64,000 nucleotides of DNA from Acidimicrobiales bacterium (GCA_030448245.1 JAUJNH010000003.1:43750-107749), one strand, 5' to 3'. Counted from the stretch's first letter, positions 8,282 to 18,204 are shown. Notes: a model not told the origin generated them from the letters alone. Numbers and translations are program-made.

Positions 8282-9181
8282 ATGATGGTGCACATGACAA
8301 CGACGTCTGAGCGCAGCAGCACGGTGGCCGACAAGCGGGCCGAGGAGGACCTCGTCCGGCGCCACCTCCCCCTCGTGCACTACGCCGTGGCCGAGGTGGT
8401 CAGCCGGGTGCCCCGCCACGTGAGCCGGGCCGACCTCGAGTCCGCCGGGATGGTCGGGCTGGCGCAGGCCGCCCGCTCCTACGACGCCTCCCGGGGCATC
8501 GCCTTCGACCGCTACGCGGCCCAGCGGATCCGAGGGGCCCTGCTCGATGAGCTGCGCAGCAGGGACTGGGCCAGCCGCGGGGTCCGGTCGCGGGCCCGGG
8601 CGGTCTCGGCGGCCACGGAGCAGCTGACCGCCTGCCTGGGCCGCACGCCCACCAAGGAGGAGGTGGCCGAGCGGGCCGGGATGGCGGTCGGGGCCGTCGA
8701 GGGCCTGGCCGGCGACGTCCACCGCGCCGTCGTCCTCAACTACGACTCGCTGATGGCGTCCGGCGAGGGTGAGGCGGTCCTGCCGGCGGACACGGCCACG
8801 CCCGAGGCGATGCTCATCGAGCGGGAGCGGAAGGCCTACCTCATCGACGCCGTGGCCATGCTCCCCGAGCGCCTGCGCCGGGTGATCGTCGGCTACTTCT
8901 TCGAGGAGCTGCCGATGCTGGTACTGGCCGACGAGCTGGGCGTCTCCGAGAGCCGGATCAGCCAGATGCGGGCCGAGGCCCTGGCCCTGCTGAAGGACGG
9001 CGTGAACAGCCAGCTGGAGCCGGACCTCGTGGTCGAGCACCGGCCCGGCGGGCGGGTGGCCAAGCGCAAGGCGGCCTACCACGCCACCATCGGCGACCGG
9101 TCGGACTACCGGACCCGCCTCGACGCCGGCGACGCCGCTCGGGGCCAGCTGCTCTCGCTGGGGGGCAGGAAGTCGGCGTGA
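8282..9181 (+). CDS. fliA: FliA/WhiG family (sigma-28 type) RNA polymerase sigma factor
   Basis: 299 aa. LPLVHYAVAEVVSRVPRHV, ESAGMVGLAQAARSYD, FDRYAAQRIRGALLDELR (region 2) and LADELGVSESRISQMRAEAL (region 4.2). Extra C-terminal tail. Confidence 0.85.
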   Translation: MMVHMTTTSERSSTVADKRAEEDLVRRHLPLVHYAVAEVVSRVPRHVSRADLESAGMVGLAQAARSYDASRGIAFDRYAAQRIRGALLDELRSRDWASRGVRSRARAVSAATEQLTACLGRTPTKEEVAERAGMAVGAVEGLAGDVHRAVVLNYDSLMASGEGEAVLPADTATPEAMLIERERKAYLIDAVAMLPERLRRVIVGYFFEELPMLVLADELGVSESRISQMRAEALALLKDGVNSQLEPDLVVEHRPGGRVAKRKAAYHATIGDRSDYRTRLDAGDAARGQLLSLGGRKSA

Positions 9182-9185
9182 GGGA

Positions 9186-9854
9186 TCAGGCGGCAGGCTT
9201 GGCGTCGAGCACCTCGACGACGAACCACAGGCTCTCCTGCGGCCCGATGCTGCTGCCCTTCCCGCTGGCCCCGTAGCCCAGGTCGGGGGGGATGCCGAGG
9301 AGGCGCTGGCCGCCGACGGCCATGCCGGGGATGCCCTTCTGCCAGCCCGGGATCACCCCGCTCAGGGGGAACTGGGCGGGCTTGTTCCGGCTGTAGGACG
9401 AGTCGAAGATCTTGCCGGTCGAGCAGGAGACCCCGATGTAATTCACGGTGAGGCTGGCGCCGGCCGCCACCACCGGCCCGGTGCCGGGCTTGAGGTCCTC
9501 GGTCACCAGGGCCGTCGGCGGCGGCCCGACCTTGACCGGCACGGGCGGAGCGCCGGGCGGCAGCGGATCGGCCACCGGGACGCACGGCTTGCCGGCGGCC
9601 GACGCCAGCGCGGAGGACGGGGGGGCGGTGGACGGGGAGGCCGAGGACGGCGTGGTGGCCACGTCGGTCGCCTCGTCGCCCCCGACGACGAGGAAGGCGC
9701 CCAGCACGCCGACGACGGCGACCACCGCCACCACGGCTGCGACGCTCCGGCGGCGCCGCCGCAGCCGGGCCTGACGGGCCGCCTCGGCGGCCCGCGCCGC
9801 CCGGGCCGCCTGCTTCTTCTTCACCTGGTGGCGGTTCGGCTTCTTGGCGGCCAC
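9186..9854 (-). CDS. membrane-anchored FKBP-type peptidyl-prolyl cis-trans isomerase
   Basis: Lys/Arg-rich N-terminus, TM segment VAAVVAVVAVVGVLGAFLVV, and FKBP core LTVNYIGVSCSTGKIFDSSY...GVIPGWQKGIPGMAVGGQRLLGIPPDLGYG. Confidence 0.85.
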   Translation of the reverse strand: MAAKKPNRHQVKKKQAARAARAAEAARQARLRRRRRSVAAVVAVVAVVGVLGAFLVVGGDEATDVATTPSSASPSTAPPSSALASAAGKPCVPVADPLPPGAPPVPVKVGPPPTALVTEDLKPGTGPVVAAGASLTVNYIGVSCSTGKIFDSSYSRNKPAQFPLSGVIPGWQKGIPGMAVGGQRLLGIPPDLGYGASGKGSSIGPQESLWFVVEVLDAKPAA

Positions 9855-9895
9855 GGTCGGAACCTACCAACCGCCCTTGGCGGGAGGATGTCGGC

Positions 9896-10321
9896 ATGGA
9901 CCTGCTCAACGACGCTGCCCGTGCCGCCCTGTCCGCCGGCCACCTGGCTCACCTCGTCACCCTCGACCCGGACGGCTCCCCCCAGGTGACCATCGTGTGG
10001 ACGGGGATCGAGGGTGACGAGATCGTGACGGGTCACCTGTTCGCGTCGAAGAAGGTGCGCAACTGCCAGCGCGACCCGCGGGTCGCGATCTCGCTCGAGA
10101 CCGGTGGACGCAACGACATGGGCCTCGACCACTACCTGGTCGTGCGCGGCACGGCCCGGATCCAGGAGGGCGGCGCCCCCGAGCTGCTGCAGCGCCTGGC
10201 CGAGGTGTACCTCGGCCCCGGGGTCACGTTCCCGCCGATGCCCGACCCGCCCCCCGGCTTCGTCCTGCGCACCACCCCGACCCGCGTGCTCGGCGCCGGC
10301 CCCTGGCAGGCCGAGGGCTAG
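9896..10321 (+). CDS. PPOX-class (pyridoxamine 5'-phosphate oxidase family) probable F420-dependent enzyme
   Basis: 141 aa with HLAHLVTLDPDGSPQVTIVW and NCQRDPRVAISL, the typical split-barrel family pattern. Confidence 0.7.
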   Translation: MDLLNDAARAALSAGHLAHLVTLDPDGSPQVTIVWTGIEGDEIVTGHLFASKKVRNCQRDPRVAISLETGGRNDMGLDHYLVVRGTARIQEGGAPELLQRLAEVYLGPGVTFPPMPDPPPGFVLRTTPTRVLGAGPWQAEG

Positions 10322-12481
10322 CTACCGCAGGGGCTCGGGCAGCGGCTCGGCGTGGACCAGGGCCAGGCGCTGGGTCGGCCGGGTGAGAGCCACGAACAGG
10401 CTGCGCAGCCCCTGCGCCGCCTCGAGCACCAGCCGGGCCGGCTCGACCACCACCACCGCGTCGAACTCGAGGCCCTTCACCGCCTCGACCGGCAGGACGG
10501 TCACCCCTGCGCCGAGGTCGCTGCGGGCCGACGCCACCTGGTGGTCGACGCCGGCCGACGCCAGCCCTCGGCTGGTGGCCTGCACCAGCGAGCCGGGGGT
10601 CACCACGGCAACGGTGCCGAGGCCCACGGCATCGCGCTCGGCGGCGACCGTGCGGGCCACGGCCTCCTGCCACGAGTCGTCCGGCCCGACCGGCACCCGC
10701 CGCGGGTCGGCGTCACCGGTGCGGACCGACTCGGGCACCGTGAGCCAGGGAGCGGCCAGCGCCAGCACCCGCCCGGCCAGCTCCATGATCTCGGCGGGGG
10801 TCCGGTAGTTCACCGACAGGTCGACCTGGTGGGCGCCGCGCCGGCTGGGCAGGTGGGCCAGCTGTTCGTCCCAGCGGCGGGGGGCGAACGGGCCGGTGGC
10901 CTGGGCGATGTCGCCGACGACGGTCATCGACCCCGACAGCGAGCGGCGGCTGAGCATCCGCAGCTGCATCGGGGCCAGGTCCTGGGCCTCGTCGACGACG
11001 ATGTGCCCGAACGTCCGGAGCTCGCCGTCGTCGCCGTTGCTGGCTGCGTGGCGCAGCCGGGTGCTGGGGCCGAGGAGCGCCCGGGCCTCGTCGAGGAGCG
11101 CCAGGTCGGCGTCGGTCCACGGCACCTCGGAGGCCGACGCCGACCGGGGCCGCACGAGGAGGGCGCGCTCGTCCTCGCGCAGCCACCGCGACGCGGCCAG
11201 GTCGACCAGCGGGCCGGCGCCGAAGAGGTCGTGCAGCAGCTCCTCGGGCGAGAGCACGGGCCACATCCGGTCGAGCGCCTCGGCCAGCGGCGGCAGGCGC
11301 CGGAGCTCGCGAGCCAGCTCGCCCAGGTCGCGGCGGGGCGGGTCGCCGCGGTCGCCGCCGTCGCCGTCCGGCAGCAGGCCGGCCGTGCGGGCCCGCTCCT
11401 GGGCGCCGTCCAGCTTGGCGCCCAGGATGCGGGCCAGGCCCTGCTCGACCACCTTGCGGCGGGTGTTGTGGGGCCCGGAGCGGCGCTTGGCCTGGCTGAC
11501 CAGCTCGGCCGAGTCGGCCGCCGAGAAGGTCAGGAGGTAGCTGCCGTAGGGCACCCGGACGTCGCGGCGCAGCGGTCGCTGGCGGTCGGCCACGGCCTTG
11601 GCCAGGACCCGGGCCATGCGGGCGTCGCCCTTCACCCGGGCAACGGCGACGGACCCGTCGGGCACCGCCGTGACGCCGTGGACCAGCCCCCCGATGGTGG
11701 ACAGCTCGACCCCGCTCTCGCCCAGGCTGGGCAGCACGTGCTCGATGTAGCGCAGGAAGAGCGGGTTGGGGCCGACGACGAGGACGCCCTGGTGCTCGAG
11801 GGGGAACCGGTGGGTGTAGAGCAGGTAGGCGGCCCGGTGCAGGGCCACCGCGGTCTTGCCCGTGCCCGGGCCGCCCTGCACGACCAGCACCCCGGCCAAC
11901 GGGGCCCTGATCACCTCGTCCTGCTCGCGCTGGACGGTGGCCACGATGTCCCGCATGCGGCCGGTGCGGCTGCGGTCGAGGGCGCGCAGCAGCACGGTGG
12001 ATCCGCCCACCCCCAGTCCCCCGCCCGGGCCGTCCCCGCCGAACAGCTCGTCCTCCAGGTCGGTGACCTCGCGGCCCCGGGTCAGGAAGTGGCGGCGGCG
12101 GGCCAGGCCCATCGGATGGCGGCCCGTGGCCCGGTAGAACGGTTCGGCGACGGGAGCCCGCCAGTCGACCACCAGGGGCTCCTGGTCGTCGTCCGAGACG
12201 GCCAGCCGGCCGATGTGGAAGGCCTCGCTGGAGCGGTCGCCGTCGCCGGCGGTGTCGATCCGGCCGAACACCAGGGGCTCGTCGCCGATCTCCAGCTGCC
12301 CGAGGCGGGCCAGGCTGGTGCGGACCGAGACGTCCCGCTCGGTGATCGACTGCGGGGTCCCCTGGCCGCGCTGGGCGAAGGCGTCTCCGAGCATCGACCG
12401 GGCCGCCTCGCGCATCGCCTGGAGGCGCGCGTACGCGTGGTCCACGTACGTCTGCTCGGTTCCACGCTCCGGGTGCGGCAC
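10322..12481 (-). CDS. helD: HelD-like UvrD-family helicase (RNA-polymerase-associated helicase IV type)
   Basis: 719 aa. N-terminal FHIGRLAVSDDDQEPLVVDWRAPVAEPFY, Walker A VVQGGPGTGKTAVALHRAAYLLY, and VVDEAQDL. Confidence 0.8.
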   Translation of the reverse strand: MPHPERGTEQTYVDHAYARLQAMREAARSMLGDAFAQRGQGTPQSITERDVSVRTSLARLGQLEIGDEPLVFGRIDTAGDGDRSSEAFHIGRLAVSDDDQEPLVVDWRAPVAEPFYRATGRHPMGLARRRHFLTRGREVTDLEDELFGGDGPGGGLGVGGSTVLLRALDRSRTGRMRDIVATVQREQDEVIRAPLAGVLVVQGGPGTGKTAVALHRAAYLLYTHRFPLEHQGVLVVGPNPLFLRYIEHVLPSLGESGVELSTIGGLVHGVTAVPDGSVAVARVKGDARMARVLAKAVADRQRPLRRDVRVPYGSYLLTFSAADSAELVSQAKRRSGPHNTRRKVVEQGLARILGAKLDGAQERARTAGLLPDGDGGDRGDPPRRDLGELARELRRLPPLAEALDRMWPVLSPEELLHDLFGAGPLVDLAASRWLREDERALLVRPRSASASEVPWTDADLALLDEARALLGPSTRLRHAASNGDDGELRTFGHIVVDEAQDLAPMQLRMLSRRSLSGSMTVVGDIAQATGPFAPRRWDEQLAHLPSRRGAHQVDLSVNYRTPAEIMELAGRVLALAAPWLTVPESVRTGDADPRRVPVGPDDSWQEAVARTVAAERDAVGLGTVAVVTPGSLVQATSRGLASAGVDHQVASARSDLGAGVTVLPVEAVKGLEFDAVVVVEPARLVLEAAQGLRSLFVALTRPTQRLALVHAEPLPEPLR

Positions 12482-12714
12482 GCTCCCTGGGGTCCCCCTC
12501 CCTCGCCTGGGCGGCCGGACATCTTCGCGCCCCTCACGGATCTCTGCGAACCTGCGGCCCGACCAGCCGTGACCCGTGGCAACGTGCCCGCCGTACGGCT
12601 GTCGACCGGCTGGTCGTCGGCGACGGCCCCGCCCGCGTGGCCACCGGGCCCTGCGAGCGGTCCTCCGCCGCTCGCCGCGACCGCAGCGGCCCCGGCGCCC
12701 TACCGTGGCTCGCG

Positions 12715-13734
12715 ATGTGGGCCACCGACGCGCCGTACCTGGCCACGTGCCGGGGTGAGGTGGGCCCGACGCCCCCGGTGTGGTTCATGCGCCAGGCGGG
12801 CCGATCCCTCCCCGAGTACCGGGCCCGCAAGGGGACGTTGAACATCCTCGACGCCCTCCGGGACCCGGCCCTGGTGGCCGAGCTGACCCTCCAGCCCGTG
12901 CGGCGGCTGGGTGTGGACGCGGCCATCCTGTACTCGGACATCGTGGCCCCGGTCGCCGCCATCGGCTTCGGCGTCGAGATCCGCAGCGGTGTCGGGCCGG
13001 TGGTCGAGCGCCCCTTCCGCCACGAGTCCGACCTCGACCGGCTCCGGCCCCTGGTGCCCGAGGAGGACTGCCCGTGGCAGGCCGACGCCGTCCGGCTGCT
13101 GGCCGCCGAGCTCGAGGTTCCCCTCATCGGCTTCGCCGGCGCCCCCTTCACCGTGGCGTCGTACCTGGTCGAGGGCGGGCCCAGCCGCGAGCAGGTCCGC
13201 ACCAGGACGCTGCTGCGGGCCCGCCCCGACCTGTGGGCCGCCCTGCTGGACCGCCTGGCCGACCTGGCCCTGGCCAGCCTCCGCAGCCAGGTCGAGGCCG
13301 GGGCCGCCGCCGTGCAGCTGTTCGACTCGTGGGCCGGATCGCTGTCGGCCCCCACCTACCGGCGCCACGTGATGCCCGCCAGCCGCAAGGTGCTCACGGG
13401 TTTGGCCGACCTCGGCGTGCCCCGCACCCACTTCGGGGTCGGCACCGGCGAGCTGCTCGGGGCCATGGCCGACGCCGGCGCCGACGTGGTGGGGGTGGAC
13501 TGGCGGGTGCCGCTGGACGAGGCGGCCGAGCGGGCACCCGGCAAGGTGCTGCAGGGCAACCTCGACCCCACGGCCCTGCTGGCCGGCCCCGACGTGCTGG
13601 AGACCGAGGTCAAGGCGGTGCTCGAGGCCGGGCGGGCGGCGCCCGCCCACGTCTTCAACCTCGGCCATGGGGTGCTGCCCGAGGCAGACCCGGACGTGCT
13701 GGCCCGGGTCGTCGAGCTCGTGCGCGCCGGCTGA
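12715..13734 (+). CDS. hemE: uroporphyrinogen decarboxylase
   Basis: PPVWFMRQAGRSLPEYR signature; 339 aa from ATG 12715; remainder colinear with HemE. Confidence 0.9.
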   Translation: MWATDAPYLATCRGEVGPTPPVWFMRQAGRSLPEYRARKGTLNILDALRDPALVAELTLQPVRRLGVDAAILYSDIVAPVAAIGFGVEIRSGVGPVVERPFRHESDLDRLRPLVPEEDCPWQADAVRLLAAELEVPLIGFAGAPFTVASYLVEGGPSREQVRTRTLLRARPDLWAALLDRLADLALASLRSQVEAGAAAVQLFDSWAGSLSAPTYRRHVMPASRKVLTGLADLGVPRTHFGVGTGELLGAMADAGADVVGVDWRVPLDEAAERAPGKVLQGNLDPTALLAGPDVLETEVKAVLEAGRAAPAHVFNLGHGVLPEADPDVLARVVELVRAG

Positions 13735-13736
13735 GC

Positions 13737-15168
13737 GTGGCCCCGGCTGACGACAGCCGCCGCACGCCCACCGTGGTGGTGGTCGGCGCCGGCATCTCCG
13801 GGCTGGCGGCCGCGTGGGAGGCCGCCGACGCCGGCGCCGACGTCGTGCTCCTCGACGCCGACCGCCGGGCTGGCGGCAAGCTGGGGACGGCCAGCCTGCT
13901 GGGCCGGCGCATCGACACCGGGGCCGACGCCTTTCTGGCCCGCCGGCCGGAGGGCACCGCCTTCGTGCAGGACGTCGGCCTCGGCGGCTCGCTCACCAGC
14001 CCGGCCACCTCGTCGGCGCTGGTCTGGAGCGGGGGCCGGCTGCAGCGGCTCCCCGACGGGCTGCTCCTGGGCCTGCCCTCCAGCCTGGTGTCCCTGGCCC
14101 GCAGCAGGGTCCTCTCGCCCCTCGGCGTGGCTCGGGCTGCCCTCGACCTGGTGCTCCCCGGCGACCCGGTGCCGGCCGACGTCGACGTCGCCGTCGGGCC
14201 CCTCGTCCGCCGCCGCCTCGGGGCCGAGATCCACGACCGCCTCGTCGACCCCCTCCTGGGCGGGATCAATGCCGGCGACAGCGACCACCTGTCACTGCAG
14301 GCGGGCGTGCCCCAGCTGGCCGCCGCGGTGCAGGGCCACCGCAGCCTGGTCGCCGCCGCCTGGCTGGGGCGGCGGCGCCAGCGACGGCACGAGGGGATCG
14401 GCCCGGTGTTCTCGTCGGTCAAGGGCGGGCTGGGCCGCTTCGCCGACCAGGTGGCCCGCAAGCTGGCCGAGCGGGGGTCCAGGTCGTCCTCGGGTTCACG
14501 GCCGAGCGGATCGAGCGGCGCCCCGGCCGAGCCGGCGGCGTCGACGGGTGGAGCGTCGTCACAGGCGTCGGTGCCCGCTTCGCCGCCGACGCCGTGGTCC
14601 TCGCGGTGCCGCCGGAGCCCGCCGCCTTCCTCCTCGAACCCCACGCCGACCTCGGCGGCCCGGCTTGGCGACATCGCCTCGTCGAGCGTGGCCATGGTCT
14701 GCCTGGCCTACCGGGAGGACGACGTGGCCCACCCCTGGACGGCAGCGGCTTCCTGGTGCCCCGCCGGGACGGCCGGCTGACGACCGCCTGCTCGTGGGCC
14801 TCGAGCAAGTGGCCCGACCTGGCGGCCCCGGCACGGTCGTGCTGCGGGTCTCGGCGGGCCGGGCCGGCGACGGGCGGGCGCTGGTCCTGAGCGACGACGA
14901 CCTGGTGTCCCGGCTCCACGCCGAGGTGGCAGCCGCGGTCGGCATCACAGGTGACCCGCTCGGTCGCCACGTGACCCGCTGGACGGACGCCTTCCCCCAG
15001 TACGCCCCCGGCCACCGCGAGCTGGTGGCAGCCATCGAGCAGGGGCTCCCGGCCGGGCTGGAGGTGGCGGGCGCCGCCTACCGGGGCGTGGGGGTGCCGG
15101 CCTGCATCGGTTCGGGCCGGGCCGCCGCCCGACGGGCGGTGGCCAGCGCCACGACCGACCTCGGGTAG
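13737..15168 (+). pseudogene. hemY: protoporphyrinogen/coproporphyrinogen III oxidase (HemY/CgoX type), reading frame broken four times
   Basis: GTG 13737 gives TVVVVGAGISGLAAAW (FAD motif). Homologous sequence then hops frames near 14475 (G5 run), 14659, 14733 (C4 run) and 14826: ...ERG|VQVVLGFTAERI...LLEPHADLGG|ARLGDIASSSVAMVCLAY...HP|LDGSGFLVPRRDGRLTTACSWASSKWPDL|GTVVLRVSAGRAGD...AFPQYAPGH. Length is 1432 nt, which becomes 1434 after three 1-nt deletions and one insertion. Confidence 0.8.
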
Positions 15169-15212
15169 CGGCGCCTGCCGGACGGGCCAGGAGGCCAGCC
15201 GGTCGCCGACGG

Positions 15213-15863
15213 CTAGGCGGCGGGGTCGATCTCGATCTCAGGGTGGGCGTGGCCCAGGGTGAACGAGGTGACGGTGCCGATCTGGGGGATCCAGGCGGGC
15301 ACGTCGTCGAGGCTGACCGTCCTGCGGTGGATGATCATCGAGATGGTGCGCCACACCACCCACACGTCGAGCAGCAGCGACCGGTTTTCGACGTAGTACA
15401 GGTCGTACTCGGGGGCCTCGACGATGAGCCCGGAGCACTGGTGGCCGATCTGCCACAGGCCGGTGCAGCCGGGCCGGACCTCGGTGCGGCGCCGGGCGAA
15501 CGGCGCCGGCATCGCCTCGTGGAGGAAGGGCATCTCGGGCCGGGGGCCGACCAGGCTCATGCGCCCGATCGGCACGAGGAGCAGCTGGGGCAGCTCGTCG
15601 AGGTGGGTGCGGCGCAGGTTGCGGGAGATCCAGGTGAGCGGGATCGACTCGATGGCCCGCTTGTCGGCGTAGTGGTTGGTGGCGACGGGGAGGGTGCGCA
15701 GCTTCACCAGGCGGAAGGGCACCCCGCCAGCCCCGATCCGGGTCTGCACGAAGAACGGCCAGGCCCGCAGGTTGATGGCGGCGACGGCGGCCAGGAGGAG
15801 GATGACCGGGAGGGCCAGCAGGGCCAGGACGGTGCCCACCACGACATCGATCGACCGCTTCAT
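15213..15863 (-). CDS. polyprenyl-phosphate sugar-1-phosphate transferase (small 'bacterial sugar transferase' / PglC-WbaP C-terminal type)
   Basis: 216 aa. N-terminal re-entrant helix VVGTVLALLALPVILLLAAV, then HLDELPQLL and SLVGPRPE. Confidence 0.85.
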   Translation of the reverse strand: MKRSIDVVVGTVLALLALPVILLLAAVAAINLRAWPFFVQTRIGAGGVPFRLVKLRTLPVATNHYADKRAIESIPLTWISRNLRRTHLDELPQLLLVPIGRMSLVGPRPEMPFLHEAMPAPFARRRTEVRPGCTGLWQIGHQCSGLIVEAPEYDLYYVENRSLLLDVWVVWRTISMIIHRRTVSLDDVPAWIPQIGTVTSFTLGHAHPEIEIDPAA

Positions 15864-16053
15864 GCTCGCTGCTTCATCCCTCTGCTCACTTGTAGCCAGC
15901 CCCGACGAACAGGGGATGACCTCCGAGGAACCGAGAACTTAGCCGGTTCCGTCGCCCCCGCAACACCTTCGGTGGTCGCGGGTGGCCTGGAGGATAGCGT
16001 CGGCGCCTGGACGGACCCCCGGCTCACCCTGCCGACGTCACCGTCGGAACGGC

Positions 16054-17379
16054 ATGAGCGACCTCGTCCTCGGCATCGACATCGGGTCCAGCCGGATCAA
16101 GGTGCTGCTGGTCGACGGTGAGGGCCGGGCCGTGTCCTCGGCCGCGGTTCCCACCCCGTTCACCAGCGGCGCCGGGGGCTCGGGCTCGGAGGTCTCGGTG
16201 GCTGCGCTCGGGGACGCGCTCGGCCAGGCACTGGAGCGGCTCGGAGGCCAGCGCGAGCGGGTGGCCGGGGTCGGGATCGCCGGGATGGCCGAGAGCGGCG
16301 CCCCGCTGGACCGCTCCGGGGCGGCCCTCGCCCCGATCCTGGCCTGGCACGACCACCGTGGCGAGGACGTGGCCGAGCGGCTCTCGGAGCGGTTCGGCAT
16401 CGGCCTGAGCGAGAGGATCGGCCAGCCGCTGCGCGCCGTCTCCTCGGTGGCGAAGCTGGGTTGGCTGCTCGAGCACGGGGTCGGCGGCGTCGAGCGGTGG
16501 CTCGGGGTGCCCGAGCTGGGGCTGCACGCCCTCACGGGCGCCGAGGCGACCGAGTTCTCCCTCGCCGCCCGCACCGGGTGCTGGGACGTCGGGCCCGGCC
16601 GGTGGCTCGACGAGGTGGCTGCGGCGGCGGGGTTCGCTATCGGGGTGTTCCCGGAGGTGCTGCCGGCGGGCCAGGCCATGGGACGGGTGACCGCGGGAGC
16701 GGCGACCAGGTTCCGGATCCCGGCCGGCGTCCCCGTGACCGTCGCCGGCCACGACCACCTGGCGGGGCTGGTGGGCAGCGGCGCCGGCCCGCTCGACCTC
16801 GGGAACTCGGTGGGCACCGCCGAGACGGTCATCGCCCGCTCGCCCACCCTCCCCGACGTGGCGGCGGCGATCGAGCGGGGCGTGGCCGTCACCGCCTTCC
16901 CGGGCGGCGAAGGCTGGGCCGTGCTGGCCAGCGCGGCCCGCTCGGGGCAGGCCATCTCGTCGGCCGCCGCCGCCCTCGGCCGCTCGGAGGCCGAGCTCGA
17001 CGAGCTGGCGGTCGGGGGCTCGCTCCTCGAGGCGCCCGGCCTGCGGGACAGCCTGGAGCGACGGGACCCACCCCGCCTGCCCAACGGCGAGCCGGGCGAC
17101 GCCTGGCACACCCTCCTCCACGAGCTGGCGTCGCTGACCGCCGCCGCCGTCGTGCGCGTCGTCGGCGTGGTCGGGGCCCGGCGGCGCCTGGTCGTGTTCG
17201 GCGGGGGGGCGGCCAGCCGTCCCTGGGTCGCGGCCAAGGCCGAGCTGGCCCCACTCCCGGTGTGGCGGGTGGCCGCGCCCGAGGCCGTCGGCCGCGGCGC
17301 GGCGATCTACGGCGGCGTCGCCGCCGGGTGGTGGCCCTCGCCCACCGCCGCCCCACGCCCGGCCCTCGAACCGGCCTGA
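16054..17379 (+). CDS. FGGY-family carbohydrate kinase
   Basis: From ATG 16054: MSDLVLGIDIGSSRIKVLLVD (ATPase phosphate-1 motif), GHDHLAGLVG, and a C-terminal GGGAASRPW-type motif. Confidence 0.7.
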   Translation: MSDLVLGIDIGSSRIKVLLVDGEGRAVSSAAVPTPFTSGAGGSGSEVSVAALGDALGQALERLGGQRERVAGVGIAGMAESGAPLDRSGAALAPILAWHDHRGEDVAERLSERFGIGLSERIGQPLRAVSSVAKLGWLLEHGVGGVERWLGVPELGLHALTGAEATEFSLAARTGCWDVGPGRWLDEVAAAAGFAIGVFPEVLPAGQAMGRVTAGAATRFRIPAGVPVTVAGHDHLAGLVGSGAGPLDLGNSVGTAETVIARSPTLPDVAAAIERGVAVTAFPGGEGWAVLASAARSGQAISSAAAALGRSEAELDELAVGGSLLEAPGLRDSLERRDPPRLPNGEPGDAWHTLLHELASLTAAAVVRVVGVVGARRRLVVFGGGAASRPWVAAKAELAPLPVWRVAAPEAVGRGAAIYGGVAAGWWPSPTAAPRPALEPA

Positions 17380-17466
17380 GATCCGCGGATCCGACGATCC
17401 GACCCGGCGGCGGAGGATTCTCCTAAGTCGCGACGTGGCGGCGGTGCTCGTGACGACCCGCGCGTC

Positions 17467-18168
17467 GACGGTGCACTCGGCGTCTCGATCCAGCCGCAGT
17501 TCGGGTCAGGTCGCTCGGGGGCCACCGACCTCATGCGGCGCCTCACTCACACCGGCGTGCTGGCCCGCCTCGGCCCGCAGACCGGCGGACGGGTCACGTG
17601 GCGCGACCTCACCGCCCTGCCCTGCTCGCACCCGCACTGCTGCAGCGTCGGCTACCTGGTGCGCGACGACGCCGGCACCTGGCGCTCCCTGGTCTCCCTG
17701 CTCGGTGAGGACCGGCTGCGCCAGCACCTCGACCTGGTCAGCAACCGCATCGCCGGCCAGGACATCCCCGCCAGGTCCGGGCTGCGGTCAAGGAGTCGCT
17801 GCTGGGCCTGCTGTCCGAGCAGTCGAGACTGTCCCCACCCCCGGGTGGTCGACCTGTGGCGTGACGTGTGCGAGCAGTGCGACCTGGGCGTGTCGTCGCT
17901 GCTGCGCCTGGCGCTGCCGGGCGGGCCCAGGCCCTGCGCCGGATGCTCGGTGAGCGGGCGGTGCGGTCACGGTCAAGCCGTTATGGACATGAACACGATG
18001 CTCGAGGAGCGGCTCACCCAGTGCTGCGTGCACGTGGGCACCCGCTCGGCCAGCCAGGACCAGTGCGCCCCGTTCTGCGCCGTCCGGGCGTGGCCGGCGC
18101 TGTCGGCCCGGCGCCTCTCCTCCTCCGCCTCCGGACGGGCCCGGCTGCCGATGGTGACCCTCACGTGA
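17467..18168 (+). pseudogene. 5'-truncated, frameshifted relic of a radical-SAM-family gene (only the Cys-rich C-terminal extension remains)
   Basis: GVSIQPQFGSGR, TALPCSHPHCCSVGYLVRDDAG, then pieces in other frames (VKESLLGLLSEQ; ALRRMLGERAVR), then VKP-MDMNTMLEERLTQCCVHVGT...QCAPFCAV. No CxxxCxxC core precedes it; the kinase gene ends at 17379. Confidence 0.4.
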
Positions 18169-18204
18169 GCCGGCGCCAGCACGACGAGGTGGCCGCCGGG
18201 CGGC

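Noticed and set aside
10352-12841. 829-aa forward ORF opposite helD
   Set aside because: It is Gly/Arg/Pro/Ala-rich with no motifs. The reverse frame encodes a colinear HelD-type helicase with Walker A and DEAQ-type motifs.
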